Source of the DNA: Candidatus Kapaibacterium sp.
GTDB lineage: Bacteria > Bacteroidota > Ignavibacteria > Kapaibacteriales > UBA2268
Reading direction: 5' to 3'
Assembly: GCA_963664875.1 (NCBI GenBank)
Contig: OY761611.1
Location: forward strand, 3,616,001 to 3,680,000
DNA: 64,000 nt
Under the pieces are notes generated by a model, which was not told where the DNA came from, searched no databases, and saw only the letters and a list, made by a program, of their open reading frames with translations. The position numbers were made by a program, and so were the translations under genes. Of this stretch, positions 41,162 to 50,646 are shown piece after piece; the first letter of the stretch is position 1, and every line of letters starts with the position of its first letter.

Positions 41162-42205
41162 TTATTTTTCTAATTGATAGGGGTGAATCCCTTTCAAAAA
41201 CATTTCAGCTTCATTGACATCGTCTTCGCTGCCAATTATCACAGGGGTTCTTTGGTGTATAGAGTGAGGTTTGATACTTAATATCCTTCTTTCTCCGTCA
41301 ATTGCCCGTCCTCCGGCTTGTTCGACTATCATAGCCAAAGCGTTTGCCTCGTAAACTAATCGCAATTTTCCATTGGTATATTGAGAGTCTTTATAGTATA
41401 GATAAATACCACCATAGTGGAGAGTTCTGTGAATATCAGCGACACCTGTGGCGATATACCTTAGAGAGTAAGGTCGGTCGCCATCATCGGAAATCAAATT
41501 CAGATATTCCACATAATCCTGATTCCATTTGTGCCAGCGATTGAAATAGCCGACATTGGTAGAGTAAATATTGCCTTTTTGTGGTATTTTCAAATTTTTC
41601 TTCGTAAGCAAAAACTCGCCAAGAGTAGGGTCGTATGTAAATACATTAACACCATGTCCGGTTGTATAGACAAGGTTGGTCGATGAGCCATAAAGCACAT
41701 AGCCGGCAGCAACCTGCTTATATCCGGGTTGAAGCAAATCTTCCACTGTGCCCGGAGTTTCAGCTTTGAAGTCTAACCTTTTATAAACAGAAAAAATAGT
41801 ACCGATGGTAACATTAGCATCAATATTGTTGGAACCGTCTAATGGGTCAAAAGCAACTACATATTTGCCGTATCTGCCGTTGTCCGGTATGATTATATCA
41901 TCATTTTCTTCTGATGCCATGACACATACGTTCCCACCTTTGATTAGTGCACCTTTTATCACATCATTAGAATATGTGTCGAGCTTTCTGACCTGCTCGC
42001 CGTGAACATTAGTTTTTCTCGCCAATCCGAGTATATCATTGAGTCCGGCTCTTCTGACGTCTCTGGAGATAATACGGATTGCAAACGTAATATCATGTAA
42101 TAATGCTGAAAAATCACCTGTTGCTTCAGGGTGTAAATTTTCTTCCTGAGAAATATGGTGATCGATGGTTACTAATCTGTCAGTAGTAGAAAAAGGCATA
42201 ATCAT
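41162..42205 (-). CDS. fbp: Class 1 fructose-1,6-bisphosphatase
   Basis: NVHGEQVRKLD, ASEEN, FDPLDGSNN and KLRLVYEAN. Confidence 0.96.
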   Translation of the reverse strand: MIMPFSTTDRLVTIDHHISQEENLHPEATGDFSALLHDITFAIRIISRDVRRAGLNDILGLARKTNVHGEQVRKLDTYSNDVIKGALIKGGNVCVMASEENDDIIIPDNGRYGKYVVAFDPLDGSNNIDANVTIGTIFSVYKRLDFKAETPGTVEDLLQPGYKQVAAGYVLYGSSTNLVYTTGHGVNVFTYDPTLGEFLLTKKNLKIPQKGNIYSTNVGYFNRWHKWNQDYVEYLNLISDDGDRPYSLRYIATGVADIHRTLHYGGIYLYYKDSQYTNGKLRLVYEANALAMIVEQAGGRAIDGERRILSIKPHSIHQRTPVIIGSEDDVNEAEMFLKGIHPYQLEK

Positions 42206-42308
42206 ATCCGAGCATTGTTTAGTTTTAGTATAAACTTACAGTAAATTTCTTTATAAACAAAGTTAGACTTGCAAAATAGTAAAAAATTGTTCTAATCCTG
42301 CTTTTGTG

Positions 42309-42587
42309 CTATCCTTTTGCGAAGCTTTTGAACTGTTTCATTTTCAATCTGATAAATTGAACAGAGCAAGATAGCTCTTTAGCCAATTCTTTGCTGTCTC
42401 GTTTTCTATTTTCTTCAAGATATTTTCTAATAAAAGAATCCAATCGGGTTATCTTAGGTATATAAAATTGAGCTCCCGAGTTTGTCTCCATCAATTTTCT
42501 TACATTTTCTATTCCGATAATCGCTGCCAAATCTTGTAAATCATCAGTCAGGTCATCGAACTCGATTTTTGTGTAGATGTTTGCCAT
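42309..42587 (-). CDS. Mor/C-family transcription activator-like protein
   Basis: LAAIIGIENVRKLME..SGAQFYIPK followed by a C-terminal HTH KELAKELSCSVQFIR, matching the Mu Mor pattern GG..YIP. Confidence 0.75.
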   Translation of the reverse strand: MANIYTKIEFDDLTDDLQDLAAIIGIENVRKLMETNSGAQFYIPKITRLDSFIRKYLEENRKRDSKELAKELSCSVQFIRLKMKQFKSFAKG

Positions 42588-42606
42588 TTTGATTTCTCCC
42601 TATATG

Positions 42607-42730
42607 AGTAATATATACTTGCATAAGTAAATTATATATATTATTTTGAATTAGTAACATTATTTGTCAAAATCAAAAAGATATTTACTAAAAAGAGTAA
42701 TATTTACCTACTATATAAGTAAATATTACT
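42607..42730. promoter_or_regulatory. Operator array AGTA-N5-TACT in a divergent promoter
   Basis: AGTAATATATACT 42607, AGTAATATTTACC 42696, AGTAAATATTACT 42718, plus a half-match ending 42689. Confidence 0.65.
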
Positions 42731-42748
42731 TGTTGTGCAAGAAAAAAA

Positions 42749-43138
42749 ATGGATGCTCTAAAAAAAAATATCGGAAGACGGCTAAAAGAAATCAGATTGT
42801 TTGTATTCGACGGCATGACTATCAATGTTTTTGCCGAAATGCTCAGCGAGAAGCCTGCAAATATATCTAATTATGAGCAAGGCAAAGCAAATATACCGAA
42901 TAGAGTGCTTGTGGAGTTATATCACAAAGGCATAAATCCCATATACATCCTGACAGGTGAGGGGGCAAAAAAAAGAGAGAATTTTACAGAAGCTAATAGC
43001 GGCGAAGCAACTTTAAACCGCTCAAAACTCGAATACCTTATTGAAAAAGCCGATGAAATGACTGCAGCCGCCGGGGACATTAAGAAGTATGTTTTAGAAC
43101 AACAATCGAAATCTGATGCCGATACAAACAACAAATGA
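42749..43138 (+). CDS. XRE/CI-like HTH transcriptional regulator
   Basis: IGRRLKEIR ... FAEML ... ISNYEQGK ... INPIYILTGEG (CI-type N-domain signature); C-terminal TAAAG. Confidence 0.88.
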   Translation: MDALKKNIGRRLKEIRLFVFDGMTINVFAEMLSEKPANISNYEQGKANIPNRVLVELYHKGINPIYILTGEGAKKRENFTEANSGEATLNRSKLEYLIEKADEMTAAAGDIKKYVLEQQSKSDADTNNK

Positions 43139-43718
43139 TTTGAGCTCTTTAAGCGATTACAGTTTATATGGATTAGTCAAAAAATATGTAACGCATGAAC
43201 TGCTTGGCTTTACTCACTCTGCTGCGAAGTTAGACAGATGCATCGCTGAATGCAAAAAGAGAAGAAAGGGTATCTTTATGCGTGCAAGCGAAGATGCCTA
43301 CCTCGAATTTCTTGCAAAATCAGATAAGCAAAGCGAAATATTTAAGACTATCTCTTTTGCTTATGCCTCAAAAGAAGACATTCTAAATATTGCTCCCGAA
43401 ATATCCAATCTACTGCCAGATGAAGCGGATTTTTCGAAATATGATATATATAAAGTATCCGGTGATTCAATGATAAACGCCGGAATTGCCGACGGAGAGC
43501 ACATATTAGCTGAAAGAATCAACGAAGTCAAAGACGGCGACATTGTTGTAGTCAGATACATGGAAAGGATATTTATTAAAAGATACAAACTAATAGAAGG
43601 CACTATTACTCTTCATTCGGAAAATCCTAAATTCCCTCCATTCAAAGTATATAACACAGAAAATTTACAAATACTCGGCAAAGTAAAATTCAAAATCAGC
43701 GTTGTGAGTGCAGAATAG
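43116..43718 (+). CDS. S24-family (LexA/UmuD-type) peptidase lacking an HTH
   Basis: VSGDSMINAGIADG (catalytic Ser), DGDIVV, IKR (catalytic Lys) and LHSENP. Confidence 0.88.
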   Translation: MPIQTTNDLSSLSDYSLYGLVKKYVTHELLGFTHSAAKLDRCIAECKKRRKGIFMRASEDAYLEFLAKSDKQSEIFKTISFAYASKEDILNIAPEISNLLPDEADFSKYDIYKVSGDSMINAGIADGEHILAERINEVKDGDIVVVRYMERIFIKRYKLIEGTITLHSENPKFPPFKVYNTENLQILGKVKFKISVVSAE

Positions 43719-43837
43719 TTGTTTTGATACATTCCCCTTTACTACAATTCTATCTTTTCAAATCCGTAAACGAACTCTCGAAGATATTTGTTATTTTTGT
43801 AATCTTGATATTTTTTCCTAAGTACTTGGATTATATA

Positions 43838-45163
43838 ATGCAAAAAAGAAAAGTATATATAGAAACTTATGGCTGTCAGATGAATTTCAGTGATTCTGAA
43901 ATTGTTGCAGGGATTTTGAATGCAACCGAAAAATATACTATGATAGCCGAACCTGACTCTGCTGACATTATTTTCCTTAATACCTGTTCTGTCAGAGATA
44001 ACGCTGAGCAAACTATTTTCAAAAGGCTAGAGCATCTAAAACATTACAAAAAGAAAAAAGGCAAGCTCGTGGTGGGTATTTTGGGTTGCATGGCTGAAAG
44101 ACTTCGGGATAAACTAATTGGTCACAACAACCTTGTCTCCATAGTTGTCGGTCCTGATGAATATAGGAAAGTGCCGGCTCTGTTAGATCAGGCTTATCAG
44201 GGAGAAGCCGGGATAGCTGTCAAATTAAGCAGAGTAGAAACTTACGAAGACATTTTACCGCTCAGAGTTGAGGGTATCTCAGCCTGGATTTCTATCATGA
44301 GGGGCTGTGATAATTTTTGCTCTTATTGCGTTGTGCCTTATACTCGAGGCAGAGAGCGTTCGCGACCTGCAAGTTCTTTACTGGCAGAAATAAAAGACCT
44401 CGCCAATGGCGGAATTAAAGAAATTACTCTTTTAGGACAAAATGTAAATAGCTATAACGATAAGGAAGGCAATCTTGATTTTCCGGATTTGCTTGCTGCT
44501 ATAGCTGAAGCAGTGCCGTCTGTAAGAATAAGATATACAACGTCGCACCCTAAGGATATGAGCGACAAGCTAATTGAAGTGATGGCAGCTCATAAAAATA
44601 TATGTAATTATATACATTTGCCTGTGCAATCAGGTTCTGATAAAGTGCTTAAGGAAATGCTTAGAGAATACACAGTTGAGCACTATTTAGACCGCATCAG
44701 AAAATGCCGCGAACTAATACCCAATGTATCGTTTTCAACTGACATAATTGCCGGTTTTCCCGGAGAAACAGTGGAAGAACATGAAATGACTCTTGAGCTT
44801 ATGCGAAATGTTCGTTACGACGGGGCTTATATGTTCAAATACTCTCCAAGAGAAAATACAAAAGCGTATAAAATGGAAGATGATGTGCCGGAAGATGAAA
44901 AAATCAGAAGGTTGAACGAAATAATTGAGCTTCAGCATGAGATTGCCCGTGAATTGAATAATGAAGAGATCGGACGCATTCATGAGGTGCTTGTAGAGGG
45001 GCCAAGTAAAAAAAATGAAGATGAATGGATGGGGAGAAGCGACACAAACAAAGTAGTTATTTTCCCGAATGCGGACAGGAAGTATAGAATTGGTGATATT
45101 GTTAATGTAAAGATTACTGATTCTACTTCTGCTACTCTAAGAGGAGAAAGACTTGAGCCTTAG
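43838..45163 (+). CDS. miaB: tRNA-i6A37 methylthiotransferase
   Basis: TYGCQMN, NTCSVR, GCMAE, CDNFCSYC, C-terminal TRAM domain. Confidence 0.96.
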   Translation: MQKRKVYIETYGCQMNFSDSEIVAGILNATEKYTMIAEPDSADIIFLNTCSVRDNAEQTIFKRLEHLKHYKKKKGKLVVGILGCMAERLRDKLIGHNNLVSIVVGPDEYRKVPALLDQAYQGEAGIAVKLSRVETYEDILPLRVEGISAWISIMRGCDNFCSYCVVPYTRGRERSRPASSLLAEIKDLANGGIKEITLLGQNVNSYNDKEGNLDFPDLLAAIAEAVPSVRIRYTTSHPKDMSDKLIEVMAAHKNICNYIHLPVQSGSDKVLKEMLREYTVEHYLDRIRKCRELIPNVSFSTDIIAGFPGETVEEHEMTLELMRNVRYDGAYMFKYSPRENTKAYKMEDDVPEDEKIRRLNEIIELQHEIARELNNEEIGRIHEVLVEGPSKKNEDEWMGRSDTNKVVIFPNADRKYRIGDIVNVKITDSTSATLRGERLEP

Positions 45164-45202
45164 CATGTGGTCTTATTAAAAAATCTATGTTATCTGATAT
45201 GT

Positions 45203-45228
45203 AAAAAGGGGTTTCGCAACCCCTTTTT
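45203..45228. terminator. Bidirectional terminator
   Basis: AAAAAGGGGTT-TCGC-AACCCCTTTTT. Confidence 0.85.
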
Positions 45229-45255
45229 GTATAAAATCTTACAATTATTCTTTCT

Positions 45256-46035
45256 CTAAAGTACGTAACCAAAAATTGCATCTAAAATCAAAATTGAAGC
45301 TGCAGTCAGAGTAAATGCACGAACAGTACTATTACCAACTCCTTCGGCACCACCGGTAGTAGAAAATCCGACATGAACACCTATCAAAGCAGTTACACCT
45401 CCGAAAACGAAAGATTTCAACAGACCGATACCAATTTCGCTAAGTGTAAAAAATCGAACGACAGATTCGAAGAAAACCTCAGCTGTAAAATCGAACTTAA
45501 TCATTGTAAGCAGGTATCCGCCCAGCAGCGCTACAACATTGGAAAATACTGCAAGGACAGGCATCATAATCAATGTTGCTATTGCTCGTGGCATTGCTAA
45601 ATATCTATTTTTGTCTATCGCCATCATTTCCAAGGCATCTATCTGCTCGGTAACGTTCATAGTGCCAAGCTGTGCCGCCATAGAACCGCCTACTCTGCCT
45701 GCAATCACGAGTGCAGTAAGTACAGGGGTAAGTTCAGTAAATACAACCGTTGCGATAGAAGAGCCCAAAAACGGCTTTGCAATTCCAACCATATTGAATT
45801 TAGAAAACAGATTTGTTGCTTGCAGTGCTGCTATTGCACCAGTGAATGAACCAATTAAAATCACCAGCGGTAGGGAGTCCGAACCAACGATACCCATCTG
45901 AGATAAGACAAGTTTTCTGTCTTTGATTGCATTGGGGAAATAGCGTGCAACTCTCACAGATAGAATCGTAAGCTGACCAAACTCAGCAAAAAAATTGAGA
46001 ACCTTTCTTCCTAAACGTGCTATAAGATTAAGCAT
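45256..46035 (-). CDS. mlaE: MlaE-family ABC transporter permease
   Basis: ELTPVLTALVIAGRVGG, EQIDALEMM and GGAEGVGNST. Confidence 0.92.
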   Translation of the reverse strand: MLNLIARLGRKVLNFFAEFGQLTILSVRVARYFPNAIKDRKLVLSQMGIVGSDSLPLVILIGSFTGAIAALQATNLFSKFNMVGIAKPFLGSSIATVVFTELTPVLTALVIAGRVGGSMAAQLGTMNVTEQIDALEMMAIDKNRYLAMPRAIATLIMMPVLAVFSNVVALLGGYLLTMIKFDFTAEVFFESVVRFFTLSEIGIGLLKSFVFGGVTALIGVHVGFSTTGGAEGVGNSTVRAFTLTAASILILDAIFGYVL

Positions 46036-46237
46036 CCTGAATATCCTAATTTCCTGAATGTACAAATTTAATACATTATTGCTTGAGACAAAGATAATTA
46101 CGAATAAAATGGTCAAAAGTGCAAGAAAATCTCAAACAAATCACGATTTGAAGAATAATTTATCCAAGCTAAAATCTAAAAGACAGAAAATAAATATAAT
46201 ATGATATATGTTTGTTTGATGATGATATTTATTCGAG

Positions 46238-46597
46238 ATCCCTAATACAAACTTGCGTTTGTGGCAAAAGGAGCTAACTGTTTGTCTATTTTTTTTCTTT
46301 CTAAATATTATTTAGTCGATAACATATATATAATATCACTGTAAATAGTCCGTGAATTGACTATATATATTGCATCAGCACTCCATAATATAGAAATATG
46401 TTTTTCAGCAATTCCTTAATTGGATGTGCATCTTACGCTTAAAAACTAGATGAGGAAAGGAGACAAAGCGTTCTTTTTTCTTTTTTATCGAAAAAAAAAG
46501 AAAAAGAAATGGAAAAAGTAACACCAATCTCTTATTTATATCACTTGTAAAGGAAAGTCTTGCTGCCCTTACAGGGCTCTGTTTACTCAATATTTGC
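46238..46597 (-). repeat. Dispersed repeat family C, copy 1 (inverted copy of 54032-54434)
   Basis: About 360 bp of high identity in opposite orientation. The spurious ORFs 46405-46590 and 54021-54269 are near-identical. Confidence 0.88.
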
Positions 46598-46722
46598 TAC
46601 AGTGAGGCTGTCAGTTATGAGACAGCCTCTGGCTCGCTGGAAGCGAGACGGGGTGTAAAAAAAACTATAGTCTTGTGTTTATAATCTATTATTTTTTTAA
46701 CTTTCAAATGATATTTCTGGGT

Positions 46723-47925
46723 TTATTCAAATTCCATCAAAAACTTGCGAACATGAAGATGCTCTATACCTTTATAATTGCCATCTGCAAATGGATCCAT
46801 TGATATTAGAATTTTTCTATAGTTGTCCTCTATCTCAAGTAGATTTCCGAACTCTCTTTGCCTTGTGGATTCGTCTGATAGCATATAAGCGACTTGTATA
46901 TAGATAGTGTTATCACCTTTCTTTGCAACAAAATCTATTTCTTTATCACCAAGTTTACCTACATAAACATCATACTGCATAACTTTCAGATGATGATACG
47001 CCAAATTCTCCAAAACTTTAGATATATCATTTATCTGATAGGGCACTATTGAGTGGCGCAACCCCAAATCTTCTAAATAGAACTTTTCACCTATTTCGAA
47101 TATCTTTTTGCCTGCAACTTCGCTTCTTTTTACTCTATCTGTAAAGAAAACACTTTCCAAGTGCGACAGATATTCAATAATAGTTTTTGACTGAATATTC
47201 AAATTTTGTGATTTGAGATACTTACTGATATTTTGTGCTGAAAAAATACTCCCCAAATTATCGCAAAGGAAATGTATCAGATTATCCAGCAAACTAACAT
47301 TTCTAATTTTATATCTTTCTACCACATCACGCAAAACAATGGAGTTGTATATATTTTTTAAGTATTCGTAGTAAACAGCTTCCTCTTTCTTTAGATTGAT
47401 AAGGTGCGGCATCCCTCCATACTTTATATATTCCAATAAACTTGCATCACTATCTTCAAGCTTATGAAAATCTAAAAACTCTCTGTAAGAAAGAGAAAAT
47501 ATACGAATTTGAATATATCTTCCGGCAAGAAGCGTAGCTATCTCACCCGAAAGCAGCTTGGCATTACTACCCGTGCAATAAATATCATATCTGCCTGTTG
47601 TTGAGAAGTGCCTTAACGCCTTCTCAAATAGCTCTATATCCTGTACTTCATCAATAAAAAGGTAGTTATCTGATTCCAAGGACTTTGCTTCTACAAACTC
47701 AATCAGAGACTTATAATCAACAATGTTGTCGAACTCATAGCTTTCTTTATTTATATAAATAATATTAGCTTTCGGTTTAGCATTTTGTATTTCATCTATC
47801 AATTGATAAAATACATAGCTTTTCCCTACTCTACGCTGACCAATAAGTACTTTTATTAAATTAGAATCGATATAAGGTCTGATTCTCTCGATATAAATGT
47901 TTCGGGATTTGAATGGCTTGAGCAT
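46723..47925 (-). CDS. AAA_14 ATPase with DUF4143 C-terminal domain
   Basis: GQRRVGKS Walker A, FIDEVQ Walker B, TGSNA, GGMP, KFYLEDLG and EIDFVA. Confidence 0.92.
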   Translation of the reverse strand: MLKPFKSRNIYIERIRPYIDSNLIKVLIGQRRVGKSYVFYQLIDEIQNAKPKANIIYINKESYEFDNIVDYKSLIEFVEAKSLESDNYLFIDEVQDIELFEKALRHFSTTGRYDIYCTGSNAKLLSGEIATLLAGRYIQIRIFSLSYREFLDFHKLEDSDASLLEYIKYGGMPHLINLKKEEAVYYEYLKNIYNSIVLRDVVERYKIRNVSLLDNLIHFLCDNLGSIFSAQNISKYLKSQNLNIQSKTIIEYLSHLESVFFTDRVKRSEVAGKKIFEIGEKFYLEDLGLRHSIVPYQINDISKVLENLAYHHLKVMQYDVYVGKLGDKEIDFVAKKGDNTIYIQVAYMLSDESTRQREFGNLLEIEDNYRKILISMDPFADGNYKGIEHLHVRKFLMEFE

Positions 47926-47930
47926 ACTAC

Positions 47931-48025
47931 TTTACTTATAAGTAACAGAATGCCTAAATATACAAAATATTTTACTTATAAGTAAAATATTTTAGAATTT
48001 CTGTATTTTCTTTACCTATAAGTAA
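47931..48025. promoter_or_regulatory. Three palindromic TTTACTTATAAGTAA boxes at 40-bp period
   Basis: Copies start at 47931, 47971 and 48011, directly upstream of the ATPase start codon. Confidence 0.75.
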
Positions 48026-48032
48026 AATGTTT

Positions 48033-49811
48033 CTACTTGCATGAAATATCATCAGGAAGTGACAAAATCAAGTGGTACTTTTTGTCGTAAAGGCTTATCG
48101 TGAAAGATTCGAAGCTTATACTAAGCATATATTTATCGCCAAGCTTAGTTTCTAATTGCAGAATTATTTCTTCTTCAAGCTCTTCTAAAGCATTTATGGA
48201 GGATCCAGGCAAATCTCTTTCTAAAAGGAATTCGGAGAGTTTATGTATCGCTTTGATTACGGATTTTTCTTCCCAATTCATAGCAGCCGTAGAAAAAAGA
48301 GGTAATTTTTCAGCAGGAAACTTTTTCAAATCTTCTTCCGAAAATCCGAGTCCTGTATTGACAGGAACTGTCTCGTTCAGCTCAAATCCTGAATGAATAT
48401 AAGGTATGCCCTGATTGAGCAGCATAGTCAAAAACCAGTAAACTATATTGGCACTTTCCTGATGAGGAGTAAGATATTTAGTCCTCGGAGTATTGTGGCT
48501 TTCGGTAGTGGCAAAGTATTTTACAGGAGCGTTTTGCAATTTTAGGAGTTTTGCTAATTTGCTTTTGTCATTGAAATCAAACGGCAGATATCCTATTGCT
48601 GCTTCATAGCCCAATTCTTTAGATTTCTCGCTAAGAGAAAAACTTTCTTCTCTTAATATAAAATTTGGTTTTGCTTCTTTAGCCCTGTTTAAGATGCTTA
48701 TCAGCAAACTTTCAGGCATGGCGTGCCCCATATCTATCATGGCACCATCAATTTTATAAGCCTTGATATAATGAGGTATTACATTTTCGAGATAGCGATT
48801 AAGTTCTTTGTTTTCGTTTGCTTTAGAGACAAGGTTGTTGTCATACATACGCAAAGTATTGTATGCCATATAGTTATAATCTTTTGCATCAAACAGTTTC
48901 AGATAGCTTACATCTGACCACAAGGGCTGGGAGTCGTCAGGTGGCCAATCTGCAAAAGCCCCCGGTATAGTTACTCTCTCGCCAAATCTATCGTAAGAGT
49001 ATAATTTGTTTGTTGATTTGTCTCTTCTTACATCTCCGAGAGGCATAGAGTATTTGTTTTTATATTCCTCGTCAGGTGCCGGAAGATCATTAAAATCATT
49101 TGCATCAATTTTTTGTTTAATCAGTTCCAAAGTGTTATCATCAAATGAAGGTGGAGCAAAATTATTCTCCATTTCTTTTTCTTTTACCCAATAGAACCAC
49201 TCAGGGTGTTCGATAGCTAACTCAGAGTCAATAGAGGCAGTGCGGAAAACAAATTCACAAATGACTTTTATACCTAAAAGATGTGCAGCCTCCACAAATG
49301 CCTCGAACTGGAGCTCTACGGGCAATTCGAGTAAGTCTTCGCTTAGATTTTCATCTAAGCTGTAGTGATTGTTTATCGCATAGGGCGAGCCAAGATCGCC
49401 TTTTTTGCCGTAAGTTCCTATGGAGTTTACCGGCAGTAGATGAATAGTGTCGCATCGAAGAGATTTGATATACCGAAGCATAGCTATAGCTTTCAGGAAA
49501 GTACCTGAAGATTTGAATTTGCCCGGTATATTTTCAATATTTCCTAAATCATAATGATCGAAAGCTGTGCTGTAACGTATCATCATATTATAGGTGCAAC
49601 CTTTGATTGGTTTGTTTTTATCGCCTGCTTTGATTAGGAAAATTGAATCGTCAAAGAAATGAAAAGGATCTATTTTTACTGATGATTTTTCGTAGCTGTA
49701 AGGGTCGTACCACTGAGTAGGCACATAGATAGACTCATGCTTTATTTCTCTGTAAAGCACTCTAACTCTTTGAAGTACAATATCTAAAGCAGAAGACATA
49801 ATCTGTTGCAT
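48033..49811 (-). CDS. GH13 alpha-amylase family protein, maltosyltransferase-like
   Basis: GTFLKAIAML, GSPYAI, EFVFRT, FADWPPD..QP.WSDV and DGAMIDMGHA. Confidence 0.85.
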   Translation of the reverse strand: MQQIMSSALDIVLQRVRVLYREIKHESIYVPTQWYDPYSYEKSSVKIDPFHFFDDSIFLIKAGDKNKPIKGCTYNMMIRYSTAFDHYDLGNIENIPGKFKSSGTFLKAIAMLRYIKSLRCDTIHLLPVNSIGTYGKKGDLGSPYAINNHYSLDENLSEDLLELPVELQFEAFVEAAHLLGIKVICEFVFRTASIDSELAIEHPEWFYWVKEKEMENNFAPPSFDDNTLELIKQKIDANDFNDLPAPDEEYKNKYSMPLGDVRRDKSTNKLYSYDRFGERVTIPGAFADWPPDDSQPLWSDVSYLKLFDAKDYNYMAYNTLRMYDNNLVSKANENKELNRYLENVIPHYIKAYKIDGAMIDMGHAMPESLLISILNRAKEAKPNFILREESFSLSEKSKELGYEAAIGYLPFDFNDKSKLAKLLKLQNAPVKYFATTESHNTPRTKYLTPHQESANIVYWFLTMLLNQGIPYIHSGFELNETVPVNTGLGFSEEDLKKFPAEKLPLFSTAAMNWEEKSVIKAIHKLSEFLLERDLPGSSINALEELEEEIILQLETKLGDKYMLSISFESFTISLYDKKYHLILSLPDDISCK

Positions 49812-49887
49812 TTAATGTGATACGGTAAAATAAGTTATTTTTTGTAAATTGCATAATTATTTAATACCATAATCAGAGAGAAGCAAA

Positions 49888-50631
49888 ATGATTACTTTGA
49901 ATGTGAATGTAGATCACGTTGCTACATTAAGACAAGCTCGCGGCGGTGTCGAACCGGATCCTGTAACTGCTGCTGTCAATGCTGAATTAGCCGGTGCAAG
50001 CGGTATTGTTTGCCATCTTCGTGAAGATAGAAGACACCTGCAAGATAGAGACCTTTATGCTCTTAAAGATGTCAATCAGACAAAACTTGACTTCGAAATG
50101 GCAGCTAATGAAGAGATTATCAAGATTGCTCTCGATGTACTGCCTGATTTGGTTACAATTGTTCCTGAAAAGCGTGAAGAGCTGACTACTGAAGGCGGAC
50201 TTGATGTAGTTAATAATTTTGAGCTTCTCAAAAAAACAACAGAAAGAATGCACGAAAAAGGAATCGAAGTAAGTATTTTCGTTGAACCTGATGAAAAACA
50301 AATCGAAGCCTGCCTGAAATTAGGTGCCGACATGGTGGAATTACACACAGGCACTTATGCAAATGCAAAAAAAGGTGATATGCTTCAGAAAGAATTTGAA
50401 AGATTGGCTTTTGCTGCGAATTTTGCTGCGAACGAAGGCTTGATGATTGCTGCAGGTCATGGCCTAAATTATGTGAATTCTAAGCCTATCTGCTACATTC
50501 AGGAAATCAACGAATTGAGTATCGGTCATTCTATTATGGCACGAGCTATCTTAGTTGGTATTGATCGTGCAGTAAGAGATATGCTTGATATTATAAATAA
50601 TGCAGTCCTTTTGAGAAATCTTGAATTATAA
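49888..50631 (+). CDS. pdxJ: Pyridoxine 5'-phosphate synthase
   Basis: NVDHVATLRQAR, HLREDRRH, VPEKREELTTEGGL and AGHGL. Confidence 0.97.
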   Translation: MITLNVNVDHVATLRQARGGVEPDPVTAAVNAELAGASGIVCHLREDRRHLQDRDLYALKDVNQTKLDFEMAANEEIIKIALDVLPDLVTIVPEKREELTTEGGLDVVNNFELLKKTTERMHEKGIEVSIFVEPDEKQIEACLKLGADMVELHTGTYANAKKGDMLQKEFERLAFAANFAANEGLMIAAGHGLNYVNSKPICYIQEINELSIGHSIMARAILVGIDRAVRDMLDIINNAVLLRNLEL

Positions 50632-50646
50632 TAAACCGGAATAAAT

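Noticed and set aside
42309-43718. Prophage
   Set aside because: No integrase, transposase, structural or replication genes; flanked directly by fbp and miaB.
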